The notes under the pieces: model-generated
Told to the model about the DNA's origin: nothing
The model's input: the letters and a program-made list of their open reading frames with translations, nothing else
Databases searched by the model: none
Program-made: the position numbers and the translations under genes
Assembly (NCBI RefSeq): GCF_018977255.1
Contig: NW_024704742.1
Location: forward strand, 26,972,001 to 27,036,000
Source: Callorhinchus milii
Taxonomy: Eukaryota
Reading direction: 5' to 3'
DNA: 64,000 nucleotides
Shown here: piece by piece, positions 23,601-36,745 of the stretch
How positions within the stretch are numbered: the stretch's first letter is position 1
How the letters are laid out: each line of letters starts with the position of its first letter

Positions 23601-26600
23601 CAGTGCTATAAGATAAGGCAATTTCAATGTAATTGGATGTTAGCTGAAGTGGGTTTTCAAAGCTTACTAGAGCGCATTTCACTAGTTTTGTCTTGTATTC
23701 ATTCTTGTGCAGCTGTCAGTGAGCTCACATTCTGTGGACGATAGATCTGGTACTGTACACATTTGCTGTTAAAGAGATTTCTAGAACTTGCGGGTGTGGG
23801 GTTTGGAGGTGGGGGAAAACATACAAAGGACTTTACAGTAAATGTTGTCAGATGGCGAAGCGGTTTCTAGCCAAAGTTTTTAAGCTGAATAGAGACGTTT
23901 CCCAGAAGCTAAAGTAGTCCTTCACATTTCATGGTTCAATAATTGCCACACGCACAAGGCATTGAAAATAGCTTTTCAAAAAGATCCCTCAACTGAGATG
24001 TTTGTCTTTCTTTCCAGTTTTCTCATTGGTATTTTCTTGCTTTGTTGTGAATAATAATAATAACAATGCTTGCATTTGGTATAGAGCTTTACCTTATTGT
24101 CAAGACGTATCTTCACAAGATATACTGTAAAGATATAGATATTTTTACAAGATATAGATATTCCAGCGCCTTGGGATGTCCTCCCGACTTGAGATGGGCT
24201 ACACAAATGTAATCTTCTTGTTGTTGTAAAGTGTATTTTGACTGTATTTTTGTAGACTGAATAACAACCGTTTGCCTGATGCTTTTCTGTGTCAATTGCT
24301 GTGTTGTGAAGCAATGTTTATGGCTATTGCACACTTACATCCCTCCCTGTTTGATCTGTACAGACTGGGTAGTGGGAGACTTGTTGTTTTGGAATCTGCT
24401 TTCAACATTTGCGATCAGGCATTCCCTGTTTTAAAAGCCTCTATGTACAAAACTTTTTGCCTCCCTCGTTTTTTGAATCATTTATTGAATCAAAGATGAG
24501 ATTAAAAATAATGATTCTTGCATTTGACACAGGATTGGGAGGAGTTTCACAGGAGTTTGCAGCAGTTTGTAATTTTGCATATGGTGTTGATGTGCATAGT
24601 GTGTTTCTTTAACTGCTGTGGGTTTCTTTAACTTGCTGCTACTTCTTGGGAAGATCTAGCACTTGCAATGGTTCGGTTCCTCTTTAAAAAATTGCACGTT
24701 TATCGTAATCCTTGCATTGATATAGCGCTTTATCATGTCGTTGAGACGTCTCAAAGTGCTTCATAGAATATATTGTAAAGTGAATTGACTATTTTGTGGA
24801 CGAAATGCAGCAGCCAATTGTGCACAGCAGTGTCCCACAAACAGTCGTGGATTGAGTGACTAAATTTTTATTTTATTTTTTCGAAGGGATTATTATCCCT
24901 GGAAAAGAGATCTGCCAATTGACTAACAACCAGGTTCCTACTTACTGCTAGGTAATCAGAAGAATAAGAAAACTTGCCTAATATTTTGCCCAGCCTGAGA
25001 ATCGAACCCAAATCCTCTCGATTGCGAGATGAGTGTTCTAACTACTAATCTGCAGGACTACACGTTTGTGAGGATCTATTCCCAGGACATGTGTTGACAA
25101 GTTCTTTTTGTCATATAAATTCCCAGAAAATAGGACCTACCCAGAAATTGAGTAGCATGAACTGGATTTGATGCATTTCCAAATGGACCCGTGTTAATGC
25201 ATTTGCCTGTTGTCGAGTCATTGAGGTTTTCTGTCTGTAGAAGTGTCACTTGTGTTGTTCCAGAAGGGAAATATTCGACAGAACGGTTTGGGTGAAAATA
25301 AAAAACTTTCCAGTTTGCAGCCTTCAAATACTAATATCGACAGAATATCAAAGCCAAATCGCCTGCGGCACAATCTAAGTAACGTTAAGAAATGATGCTT
25401 TCAATGCTAACTATTGATAGAAGACTGAGTGTAAATAAACATTGCAACACTTTGAAAAATATCCTCATATCCTCACATTGACCCCATAGTTCTTGTGTAC
25501 CTAATACATCTAACTTCTAGGGAATAATAATAATAAAATCCTTGCCATTGATATAGAGCCTCGTCAGGTCGTTGAGACGTCTCAAAGAGCTTCACATGAT
25601 ACACTGTAAAGTGGATTGACTGTGTATATTGTGAGCGAATGGTTGCAAAACATTTGGATGTTACAGTACAAGATTTTTCTGGAGTTGCACCTCAAGTTCC
25701 AGTCCAATTACTTTATTTTAATAGTAAATTTTGTTAGATGTGAAACCTGCAATGTGGAACAAATTTTGAGAGATTTTAATGTGCTGATCTTCCCTAGACC
25801 AAGCTTACTATTAAGCTAATTTAAAAAATCTTGAGCGTTATAAATATTGCTGTCGAGTCATTTCCAGGTCTGACAGTTGGGATATCAGATTTTGATTAAA
25901 AGGTTAGTTGGATTGCAGGCAGATTGCTAAAACCTCATGATTTTAACCTCAGGCATGTTTGTGGGATATTGCTCTGTATAAATTGGCTGCAGCTTTTGCC
26001 TATGAAACACATAGTCACTGTACTTTACAGTAAATCCTTAGAAGTGCTTTGAGGTATCCTTCCGACATGAAAGGCTCAATATCCAATGCAAGGATTTTTT
26101 TAACTGCAAAATTTAAACCCGTCATAAAAGTTTGCTTGTATAAGTTCCTAAAAAGACTGCTTTAGAAATCTTTCACTTTGTTAGGTAGGTGTCACTACTG
26201 CGATTGCTTTTCACAATAATCTACGTTAACTATATAAATGCATTTTGTTGTTGTTGTTAATTGGTGCAGTGGACTGACAGGAGTTTAAATTCATCTGAAA
26301 ATCTTGAAGTTAACCTAGCCTTTCACAAATCTCTCTCCTCGTTGTCCGAACCCATGTTTACCCATGGTTAAACCCGAGGGAGATAATAATAATAATAATA
26401 ATCCTTGCATTTGATATAGCGCTTTTCACGTCGGGAGGACGTCCCAATGCGCTTCACAGAATAGACTGTAAAGTGAATTGACTGTATATTTATGGGCGAA
26501 CGCGGCAGCCAATTGCGCACAGCAATGTCCCACAAACAGTCGTAGATTGAAAATGACCAATTTATTATTGTTTTGTTTTGGAGGGATTATTATTGGTTGA

Positions 26601-28853
26601 TGGTTGATGGAGATGGTTGAAGCAGGATATGTTGATTCTTTCAAACACAGATTAGATAGTTTTCTTTTAGGAAATAACATTATAGGATATAATAATAATA
26701 ATCCTTGCATTAGATATAGCGCTTTTCACGTCTTGTAGATGTCTCAATGTGCTTCACAGAATATACTGTAAAGTGAATAGACTGTATATTTGTGAACGAA
26801 ATGCGTCAGCCAACAATCGTGTCCCACAAACATTCGTGGATTGAAATGACCGATGTATATAGCGTGGGGTAGTGTCCTGCAGCGCTTCACAGTGGCGGAG
26901 TCTGACAACGAGCCAAGGGGGGAGGGAGTGAGGAGGTGACCGTAAGCACAATTAAAAAGGGAGGTCTTTAGGTGGGACTTGAACATGGGGAGGGAGGGGG
27001 CTAGGCGGGGGCATCGAGGGAGAGAGTTCCAGAGTTTTGGGGCGTAGTAGCTAAAGGCACTGCCACCAATGGTGGAGTGAAGGGCACGAGGGACAATTAG
27101 GAGACCTGAGCCAGCCGAGTGGAGGCAGTGGCTGGTGAAATGGGGAGTAAGCAGGTCGGATAGGTAGGGAGGTGCGAGGGATTGAAGTACATAGGTAGTT
27201 CGGGAAATATGTGCATGCAACCGCTAGGACTAGATGGACTGCCACTGAAGCTGCGTGTGTATTATTTGGGATAAACTCAGCAAGACCTAGCAATGAAGTC
27301 CAGGACGTAGTTTTTTCCCACCACCTGTCATGAACCAGGATCCAAGGTTCAGTGCACGTACATCATCATCGATCGAGAAGAGGTATGCAGTTATGCTAAG
27401 CATGATGGTCTTTTTCGTCTAGCATTTCTTATGTTCTTATGTGTGTTCTTATACACCCAAGAGAATCCGTGTCGAGTAAAAACAGCAAATGAAGAGGTAT
27501 TCTTGCAGTTGCCGCATGTCTCACGTATCTATATTTCCAAAGGGCTCAATGACACTTAGCTGAAATTTTGGATTTTGTTCTGCAGCTGGAGGAATAGAAA
27601 TGGAAACTGATGGCTGATGGCATTTCTAGTGCGCACTGTCTCTGTTTCGTCACCTCTAACCATTTTTGTTTGGTCAGCCGGGTGTCTGACACATGCGGAA
27701 ACCCAGTGTGCAAACCAAATTGAGATTTCCATGCATCCCACCTACACATGGAAATTCCAGAGATAGATTATTGCAATGGAATGTGCACTCTCTCCCTGGA
27801 GGGATACATCCTGTTTACCTAATTCCGGAAAGTATAAGGCGCAGGCTGGCAAGAGTCAAGGCTTGGGGACCTCAGAGTGTACGTTGTGGGTACTGCTGGA
27901 GTCCAACCAGCTAGAATCGCATCGCTTGTCGTTGAGAGCACAAGCTTTCCCACTGCTTGTCCAGCCAGGACCACCCCACCGTTAAGGCTTTGTCTTTCAG
28001 GGTTAACAGGAGCTGAGTGGGAGAATTTCCTGCCCCCAATGACTGGTCTGCACTTTACCCACCATCTTGAACACTAAGCCTCTGACCATTGTTTCATATA
28101 GGCCTCTTGTAACTCAGATCATGGCTGATCAAGGAGACCAGACTTACCTGTTCGGGAATGACTGCAGATCTGTTGAGCCTGGGTTGGTCTTCGACAATTC
28201 TTAACATTGTTTTCAATTCAAATGCTGCTTCTCCTGTGCCAGCAAAGTAACTAATGTTCCAATTGGCATTCACGGCTTCCTAATGCGTTCTTTTCATCCT
28301 AAATAAGATTATTGTTTCCCTTCAAAGAGCATGGAGAAAATTTAAGAGGATTCAGCAGTTGCAAGTATCAAATCTTGGTAATTCAAGATTTAGCTCTTTT
28401 AAAGAGAAAGCTGATTTGTTTGGCTCACCTCCATGCTATGACTGCATTCTTGGGAAAAACATTTTTGCTCTGTGGCCCATTGTTTTCTATCTCTACGACT
28501 GTACCAAGTTTTACTTCCACAATTTTGTTGGATCCTTCATTCCCTGCATTCATTTAAGTCCTGTAATCGTAATTGTACTCCTATTGCTCTCGACAGATGT
28601 GCTTTCAAAGTTATTCCTACCGTTTTGCCCTTCAGCTTCTCATACTCCAGCTCCCAGTACACTTTTTCTACCTAGTGGAAATTTGCTTGTATTTTAATAA
28701 TACAGTACTTGCATTTGATGTCGCACCTTTATAATGTCATGATATGTCTCAAAGAGCTTCACAGAATAGATTGTAAAATGAATTGACTACATTTTGTGGG
28801 TGAAATGCGGCAGCCAACTTTGCACAGCAGTGTCCCAAAAACAGTCACGAATT
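20698..28853 (-). repeat. Right arm of ~8.1 kb inverted duplication
   Basis: Reverse complement of 8256-16395 with scattered substitutions and small indels; continuous with its flanks on both sides. Confidence 0.98.
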
Positions 28854-29504
28854 GAATGACCAAATTATTATGTTAATAATTTTTTTGAGGCAATTATTAC
28901 CCCCGGAAAGCGATCCGCTAATTGACTATCACCAACCCCAAGTTTCCACCTTATAATCTTCTACCAAAGGCATGTCTATGGTTATGTAGTTTCCTCTCAA
29001 ATTATTCCAACTGTTCGTTCTCTGACTTTTTCACACACTCACTTACTCTCTTTGTTTCTCGTTCACTCACTGTCACAGAGGGCAATTCTATTTGCCAAGG
29101 CCCCTCGCATGAGGACCTGGATTGAGCAGCTGGTGCTGAGTAAACCTGGTACAATTTTGTTGGATCCTACACCCAGCTGACCAAAAAAAAACTCACTGAC
29201 TCCCTTTCTCATTGTCTCACTCGCTGTTTCACACACTCTCTCACCCACTCTCGCGCTTTCTTACCCACTCTCAATTGATGTGCACATTAATTTGGATTAA
29301 ACGTCCTACATGGCTGTTTGCCCCCCTCCCCAACTAGTGACTATCCTCCTTGGGGGTGAGCTGAACTGATTCCAAGGTGACATGTTTGGCAACAGAATGT
29401 TGGAATCGAGCCAACCCTCTGTGATGGTCTCGGTAGTCCGGTTCCTAAACCAGGCTTCCAGGGCACTGCTGCTGATAGCCTGGCACATCGGCAGGACTTG
29501 GAAA

Positions 29505-29896
29505 GGCAAACTGGGGCAAGGACTCTTCCCATCAGCTCCTGTTAACCGTGTAAGCCAAAGCTCCAATGGGTAGGGTGGTCCTAGTTGGACAAGCAGCGAG
29601 AACGTTTGGCAGACAGTGCTATCAATGGCAAGCTATGTTTACTTAGCTGATTAGACGCCCAACGCACACTCTGGGATCTCCAACCCTTGGTTCTGGCCAA
29701 CCTGAGCCTAATAATTTCTGTAATTAGGTAAGCAGGATGCGTCCCTCCAGAGAGAGAGTGCGCATTACATTGCAACAATTTATCTCTGGGTTTTCCATGT
29801 GTAGGTGGGATGCATGGAAATCTCAGCTTGGTTTGGATATTCTTTAGCACGGTGATGGGTTTCCACATGTGTCAGACACCCAGCTGATCNAAAAAA
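29505..29896 (+). mobile_element. Family 'U' repeat copy (may extend 5' to ~29310)
   Basis: Colinear similarity to 9063-9444 and 61899-62307. Confidence 0.8.
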
Positions 29897-31060
29897 TCAT
29901 TTTCTGGTAAATTTAGTGGTAGTCTCCTATTGAATGGGCTGGAGTTGGAACCTTTGTCTCCCTCTCCCCCCCCCTCCTCCCCCAATGATAGTGTTCTCAA
30001 TAGTGATGTTGGAGAAGTCAGGCTGAGGCTTTTGACTACTGGTTTGCAAGATAGTGACTATAGTTTTTTTTACCAAATGGAAGTCTATAATGCAGGCCTG
30101 TGTTTTTGATGTTGCCTTTGTGTGGCGGTGGGGCTCCAGTTCTGCCTCTGACATATTTAATGTGCTAAGTGTCAGCTGGACTCTGAACTGAGCTCACTAT
30201 CTCTTACTCTCAATGAGTCCACTCTTATCACAGAGGAACCTTGTTATTATCGTGGTGATTAAGTCACAAGGTGGTGGGTTCAAGACCCATGTCAGGACTT
30301 TGAGCTTGTATACTCTAGGCTGACACTGATGCAGAGGTAGGTGTGTGTTGCATTCTCGTTGATGCCAATAATAATAATAATCCTTGCATTTGATATAGCG
30401 CCTTATCACTGTGCTGTGCGCAATTGGCTGCCTCGTTTCACCCACGAATAAACAGTCAATTCACTTTACAGTCTATCCTGTGAAGCGCTTTGAGACATCT
30501 AGAAGATGTGAAAAGCGCTACATCAAATGCAAGGATTATTATATTTATTATTATCACGTCTTTGAGACGTCTCAAAGCCCTTCACAGAATATACTGTAAA
30601 GTCAATTGACTATTTTGTCAGCAAACCTAGTCCCGTAGACTTGTTCAGGGGGACATTAAAGATTATTTGAAAAGGGAAAGGAGTTTCTCTCAAGTGTCCT
30701 GGCCAAGACTCCCCCAAATAAAACTGGCAATTCACTTCACAGCTGTTTGTGGAACATTGCTGTGTGCAATTTGGCTGCCTCAGTCTCTAAATCACACAAT
30801 CTGTGGTTTTGAAGCCCACCAGGTGTTGCCTAGCAATTTGTTCACAATGTATATTCTGCCTCCTGTTTATTGCATTTTGAGCCTTCAGAAAATGTCTTGC
30901 ATGGAGTGATCCTGCACGGAAATGGGCCATTTACTTCAGTTACTCTGTCCTGGACTTCATAGTTCTTAATAAAGAAGGGCATGTTATATTCATCGAGTTA
31001 ATTTGCTTTTTTTCAATTATAGGTTTTGATTGAGGTTCATGGTGGGAAGTATTTTGTTAG

Positions 31061-31431
31061 CAGAGCCCTGTAGGTTAGAATATTCACCTCCCAAGCGAGA
31101 GGACCCTGGTTCGATTCCCGGGCAGGGCAAATCCGTAGACAAGTTTCCTTACTCCACATACCTCTGTTTACCAAGCATTAAGTAGGAACCTGGTTATCAG
31201 TCAATTGGCGGATCGCTTTCCGGGGGTAATAATCCTTACAAAAAAAATAATAATTTAGTCACTCAATCCACGACTGTTTGTGGGAAGCTGCTGTATGGAA
31301 TTGGCTGCCACATTTCGCCCACAAAATGTACAGTCAATTCAGTTTACAGTATCTTCTGTGAAGCATTTTGAGATGTCTCGACAAAGTAATAAGTTGCTTT
31401 ATCAAATGCAAGGTTTATTGTTGTTATTATT
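31061..31431 (+). mobile_element. tRNA-derived SINE, long variant
   Basis: B box GGTTCGATTCCC, core agtaggaacctggtt..ggcggatcgctttcc, L2-like tail. Confidence 0.85.
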
Positions 31432-33109
31432 GCAACTGCCTCCTCTGTGTACAAATGAATGAAATAATGGAACTCTTTAATGCAGCTGATTGTGGTTCTG
31501 CCTCTGGTTTGAATCACACTGTTACAGTGAATTACTAATTTGTATACTGTATTATGTAATTGTATGTTGTGATTTGGGTCGTTCCGCAGAATTAAACTGC
31601 AGTTGTCTAAAGTAAAATGTCTAATCTGTGAGGTCTTGGTTGTGCTTGCTATCTTCAAGTGTAAGATAGCTGGATGGTTGTGGGAGATGCTAAGTGAAGG
31701 GCAAAATACTCTAATAATAATAATTCTTAATTAACTTAATTAATAATTAACCATACTTCAACAAAGAGAGGTAAAATTGCATGAAGTATGAATTACTTCC
31801 CACCACAAAGTAAGTTCTCTTCCCCCAGTTAATTTTCTTGCAGCTGATTTCAGAATGGCATTGGCACAGGAACACACGCACGCCCTGGCCTCAAAGGAAT
31901 TGGCTGTTATAATCGTGGTGTGCGAAGACTTCCCATTGATTATTTGGAGATCAGATAATGCACGTAAACCACCAAGCGTGGTTTACTACACTATCTCACC
32001 CCCTCGTTTGGATTGCCGTCTTGTAATTGATTGAAAGCATGTGGTTTCCTTCATGTGTCATTAATTTATCTGGTGTAAGCCTGCTCATGTGTATCTTTCT
32101 GGAGCTAACAATGTGTCTCAATGAAACAAAAATAGAATATAGAAGTAGTAAGGGTTTGCTGTACTGCACTGAGGAATTCAGTTCAATCCCGGCAGGTCGT
32201 TCGCTGTCCACAGTTCCCTCAGTCTTTAAAATATTTCAGTGTGGTGTATCAAACATAAGTACTATCCATTATTGAAGCATCGGATTCAGGCAGCAAATAT
32301 TGAATGGCAAATCTGTTTTTCCCTATTAATGGCTTTTTAAATAAACCATTCTGTAGATTGATTTTAGTGAAGATAGTGAACAATTGAATACGAACCTTAC
32401 ATCCAAGTAATGCTTTCCCTGAAAATAATGGAAACTGTTCAGGGAAGTGGTGGTAATGGGAGGGGGGGGCTGGGGGGTGGGTGTGGTTGGGGATGGGGTG
32501 GGGGGTGAGAAGCTTTCTGAATATCGGGAATCAGTTCCAGTTCAACTGAGAATGGAAGTTTAGATTTAAATTTTGATGGTTTCCATTTCATGTTTGCAAC
32601 ATAAAAAGAGCAAATTTGGCTTTTTAAACGTAGAAACACCTTTTTAACATGAGAACATGGAGAAAGGAGATAATCAAGTGTGGAATGTGAAAAAAGGATG
32701 CAACATTTAGGATAGTTTGCATTAAAACATTTAGGATAGTTTGCATTAAAAAAAGGAAGTTTACTTTTTAAATGCTGGTTGCTTTGTGTTTCTTTACTTT
32801 AAGACTCCTTAAAAGTAGAATATCTACTGCAACTTAATAACGCTGCAATGGGCTATCTCAATGCTGGTGTTCACTGTTAAAGCTCTCACACTTGGGTGAG
32901 TAACCAGAGAGCCACTTTTGCCTTGAACATTAGGAACGTGCAAGATTTTGGAAGATTATTCAACCTTAATTTAAGGAACTTTCTAAAATTCTGCACGCTC
33001 ATTGTTGTTGATCTTAAGGCTAAGACCAAAAGAAATTTCAGACCCCTGCGGAAGAGAAGACAAAAAACTACAGAATGGGCAGAAAATGCAGTGCAAGCAA
33101 ACTTTAGGG

Positions 33110-33287
33110 CAAGTGATGGCTAATCTTTTTGGTCGTCCAACAAAATATATTTTCTTATTTGAATATTTCTTGATTTATGCCGCATGATTGACGGAACACG
33201 GAGTTAGCTCGATGAGTGCGAATGTTTGGGGGCTACTTCTTGACTGCCCCACAGGCCGTTCCACGGGCCATGGGTTAGCCACCACTG
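33110..33287. mobile_element. hAT-type MITE
   Basis: Ends CAAGTGATGGCTAATC / GGGTTAGCCACCACTG are imperfect inverted repeats; 8-bp TSD CTTTAGGG / CTTTAGGC. Confidence 0.7.
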
Positions 33288-33349
33288 CTTTAGGCAAGCC
33301 TTGTTTGGTGCCAGCTGGCCTTCCGTGGCACCTTTTCAGCCCATTTTTG

Positions 33350-33480
33350 TTAGGTAAGATTATCAAGTGATATGGGGCAAAGGCGGGTAATTGGAGTTGA
33401 GGTACAGATCAGAAATGATCTAATAGAATGGCAGAAAAGGCTTGAGAGGCTGAATGGCCTACTCCTGTTCCTATGTCCAT
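33350..33480 (+). mobile_element. CR1-clade LINE 3' end
   Basis: tggagttgagg..atcag..atgatc..gaatggcag..aggctgaatggcctactcctgttcctatgt, typical CR1 3' terminus. Confidence 0.7.
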
Positions 33481-33637
33481 TGTTCTTACAATTTATAAAT
33501 CCCCCAAATCGTTCCCTGGACTTAACACCTTGTTCCGGCCTGAAAAATCAAAGGATTGTTCTGCGGCCAATCCCTTTTTAGTTTTTGAAAGGATATAACA
33601 GCACTGACAATAGTTGCAGGATTCAAAATTTCAGTAA

Positions 33638-33968
33638 CAATAATAATCCTTGTATTTGACCAGATGTATTTATGTAGTGGCTCATCATGTCGTTGATATG
33701 TCTCAAAGTGCTTCACAGGATATTCTGCTTTGTGTATTTTGTGGCAGCCAATTGCACACAGCAGTATCCCACAAACAATCGTGGATTGAGTGAACAAATT
33801 TCTTTTTTTGAAGGGATTATTACCTCTGGAAAGCGATCTGCCAATCGACTAACAACCGTATTCCAATTTACTGCTAGGTAAACAGAAAGGAGAGGAGTAA
33901 GGAAACTTGCCTAGGGTTTTGCCCTGCCTGGAGGCGAGCACGCTAACCACTACTCTACGGGACTCCAC
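33638..33968 (-). mobile_element. tRNA-derived SINE, long variant
   Basis: Reverse complement of head (gtggagtcc..), core and tail. Confidence 0.8.
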
Positions 33969-35390
33969 AAACTCCACTTTAGCGTTCGGTTTATTTCCTG
34001 TCTGTGTGAAATATAAATTTACAGTGACATTTTTCATTTTAATTGCGTAACCTTATACGTGGCAAGAACAGAACAGCTGAAGAAGTACAGTCTGCATCCT
34101 GATCGTTGTGACTTGTAAGTTATTTAGTCAGCTCACTCATGGGTTACAGATTGGACCTACAGCTCCTCCTCATGTATCCTATTAGAATACTCCAGCATGT
34201 GGGATCTACCCTTTATGCACTCCAGCTCCTGTCCAATAAATCTGAAATACTAACCTGGCAGATTAGTCCGCCATGAATTTCACTTGGCTGCACCGAGAGT
34301 CTGCAAAGTCCTGAAAGCTGCCGTAAAGAGAGAAACGGCTTACTGAAGTTTGATCCCTTTGTGTTATGTATTCTGGAAGGTGTGTGTGGGGGGGAAACAC
34401 ATGCGAATTACAAGCTTGCTTGGTAACCTAATTTTTAGCAACCGGTGGAAGTTCCCACTCTTGTCACCTGAAGCTCTGAAGCAAACGATAGCTTTGTAAC
34501 CCCCTTTCCAGGAATCCATTATTGCATGTGTAATGCACATGAACTTTTAAGGAAATGTGCAGCACCAGAATGGAGTGGCTAAGCTGGTTGCTGCTGGCAA
34601 TCCTTCAGTTTAAGCATTGTGTGTGTGTGCGTTTTATTAAAAAAAGCTTGGAATGTAATTTCGGATCAACAGCAGCTTCAGCCCGTGGAGCTGGCAAACG
34701 TGCAGTAACATTAGAACCTCATGTTCTACTCGCTGTATTCTGCCACAGTGATTTTTTTGTTTGTTAGGATGAAAAAGATGGACTTTGAGAGTAAGATCGA
34801 GCCTGATCTGGTTGATTGCTCTGGTGCTGCCCATTTGCACAATCTTGTTTCTATCCTTGATGTGATCAGTAGTTGAGAATCCTGGCGGTGCATTTTTTTC
34901 CCCCCTCCCAATGGAATCTGTTGCATTTGGTATTCACAGAAAGAAGATGAATTGAAAACAAAATCTTTATGTAAGAGAGCTTGTAAAGTACTGACGCTAA
35001 ACAGCAGCTGTTATTTCCTGGGAGTTTATGAACCACTGACTTGTTATTCACTGCCTCTTCCCCTCCCACTTTCCACCCCACCTCCCCCCACCCCCACCGT
35101 AAAAAAGCAAAGCAATACAAAGGATTCAAGACGATTTTCCTACTGTTCATTCCAGGGATGATGTCAACTGAGAAGAATCCTGCGAAGGTCAGCGACTGGA
35201 ATGACAAATTTAATGAGTTCCTTAAAGGTCATTAATTACATTTACAAGATGAAATGTGGAATACAAAGCTATTGATAAACCTGTATGAGGGTCAGCTCAA
35301 AATGTCATTCACATTAGTTGCTGGCACAACACTGTCCAGTGGATGCAGTTAGTTTTATACAAAGTAATTAGGGATAGTTAACTCCATATT

Positions 35391-35552
35391 CAGTAAACCT
35401 CACATAAGACATATCAGTTGGGACAATACATTTAATATGACTGATACAAAGCATGAGTTATGTGAAACTTATTAATAATAGGAAATTCAACGAGATGTAC
35501 GACTTAGGTGATTGTATGATTTATATAGATTAGACCTATGTAAGTTTTACTG
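35391..35552. mobile_element. Tc1/mariner (Tigger/pogo-like) MITE
   Basis: CAGTAAACCTCACATAAGAC ... GACCTATGTAAGTTTTACTG-TA imperfect TIRs; second copy at 63261-63424. Confidence 0.75.
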
Positions 35553-36369
35553 TACTGGGTAATTGTAAGCTGAACATTAACCTGACTGCCTGAGTTCAAG
35601 TGGACGTTAAAGATTCTGTGACACTATTTGAATGGAGAAGGGATATTCTCTGAGTATCCTGGACAATTATCCAGCCATGTGTGTGCTTATTGGACCTTGC
35701 CTTGTGTAAAATGTCTGTATCACTTGTTTGCAAAAAGAGTAGCCACACTTAACATTAATTCACTGTGAAGTGCTTTCGAGACATTTTGATGTGATTTGAT
35801 GTGAAAAAGTTATGTTTCTGAAAAATTCCAGCTCCAGAATAGAGAGAATGGAACAACAATGAGAAGTTTTATTCTTCTCTGTGCTGACTGGCATTTTCCT
35901 CCTCATTATTGTCCCTCTTTACTTATCTCTACAATCTTCTCCAGTCTCTCTCTACTGTTCATTTCCTTCACTCCATTATGTAGGGTTTTACACTTGCCTC
36001 GCCTTCTCCCACTCACCGTCGCTGGCTGAGTTTTCAGCCTCTATGTTCCTATTCCATCCGCAAATCCCTTTGCCGGTCATTTTCTCTCTGTCTTCAGAAC
36101 TCCTTTAAAACCTAACTCTTGATCGTGTCTTTGGTCACCTCCCCCATACTCCCCTCATTCCCACTTTGCTTGTATATTATGCTTCAGGACATTCTTCTAG
36201 ATTAAGTGCAGTTTGTCATTGTGCGACCGGGACAGAACATTGTTGAAAAGAGTAGGCTAGAGGGTGAGCTAAATAAATCAAGTAGTAGTAGTTAGGTGAC
36301 GGCAAATTTCAGATTGAAAAGTCTTTGGCTACCTGGAAGGAAGGTTTGAGGAAGTCTGAGTGGACACGC

Positions 36370-36745
36370 ATAGAACTACATAGACTGTGCAGCAACGAAA
36401 CAGGCCATTTGGCCCATCTATCGTGCCATCTTATATTCTACATGAGCATCCACACATCCTAATCTCCTCTCCTATAGCCTTTTCTCTCATGCTTACATCG
36501 AGTTTCCTCTTAAATCCGTTGATACTTTTTGCTTCAACCACAACTTCCGACAGTGAGTTCCACATTCTCACACTCTCCGTGTAGAGAAGTTTCTCCTAAA
36601 TTTCTTTTTGGATTTGCTCGTGCCTTATCTTACATTTATAAACCATTGTTCATGGCAACACTCTTAACTATGTCTGCCTGATCAAATCCGATTATAATTT
36701 TGAACACTTCTGTCAGCACCCATCTCCAATGTCTCATGTCCAGAA
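36370..36745 (-). mobile_element. CR1-like LINE 3' fragment, degraded
   Basis: catagaa..aggccatttggcccatc..gagttccacattctcacactct..gaagtttctcctaaa, reverse complement of a CR1 3' region. Confidence 0.6.

Noticed and set aside
8256..28853. Giant transposon with 8-kb terminal inverted repeats
   Set aside because: No TSD or transposase; arms are ordinary repeat-laden DNA and one breakpoint cuts a SINE.
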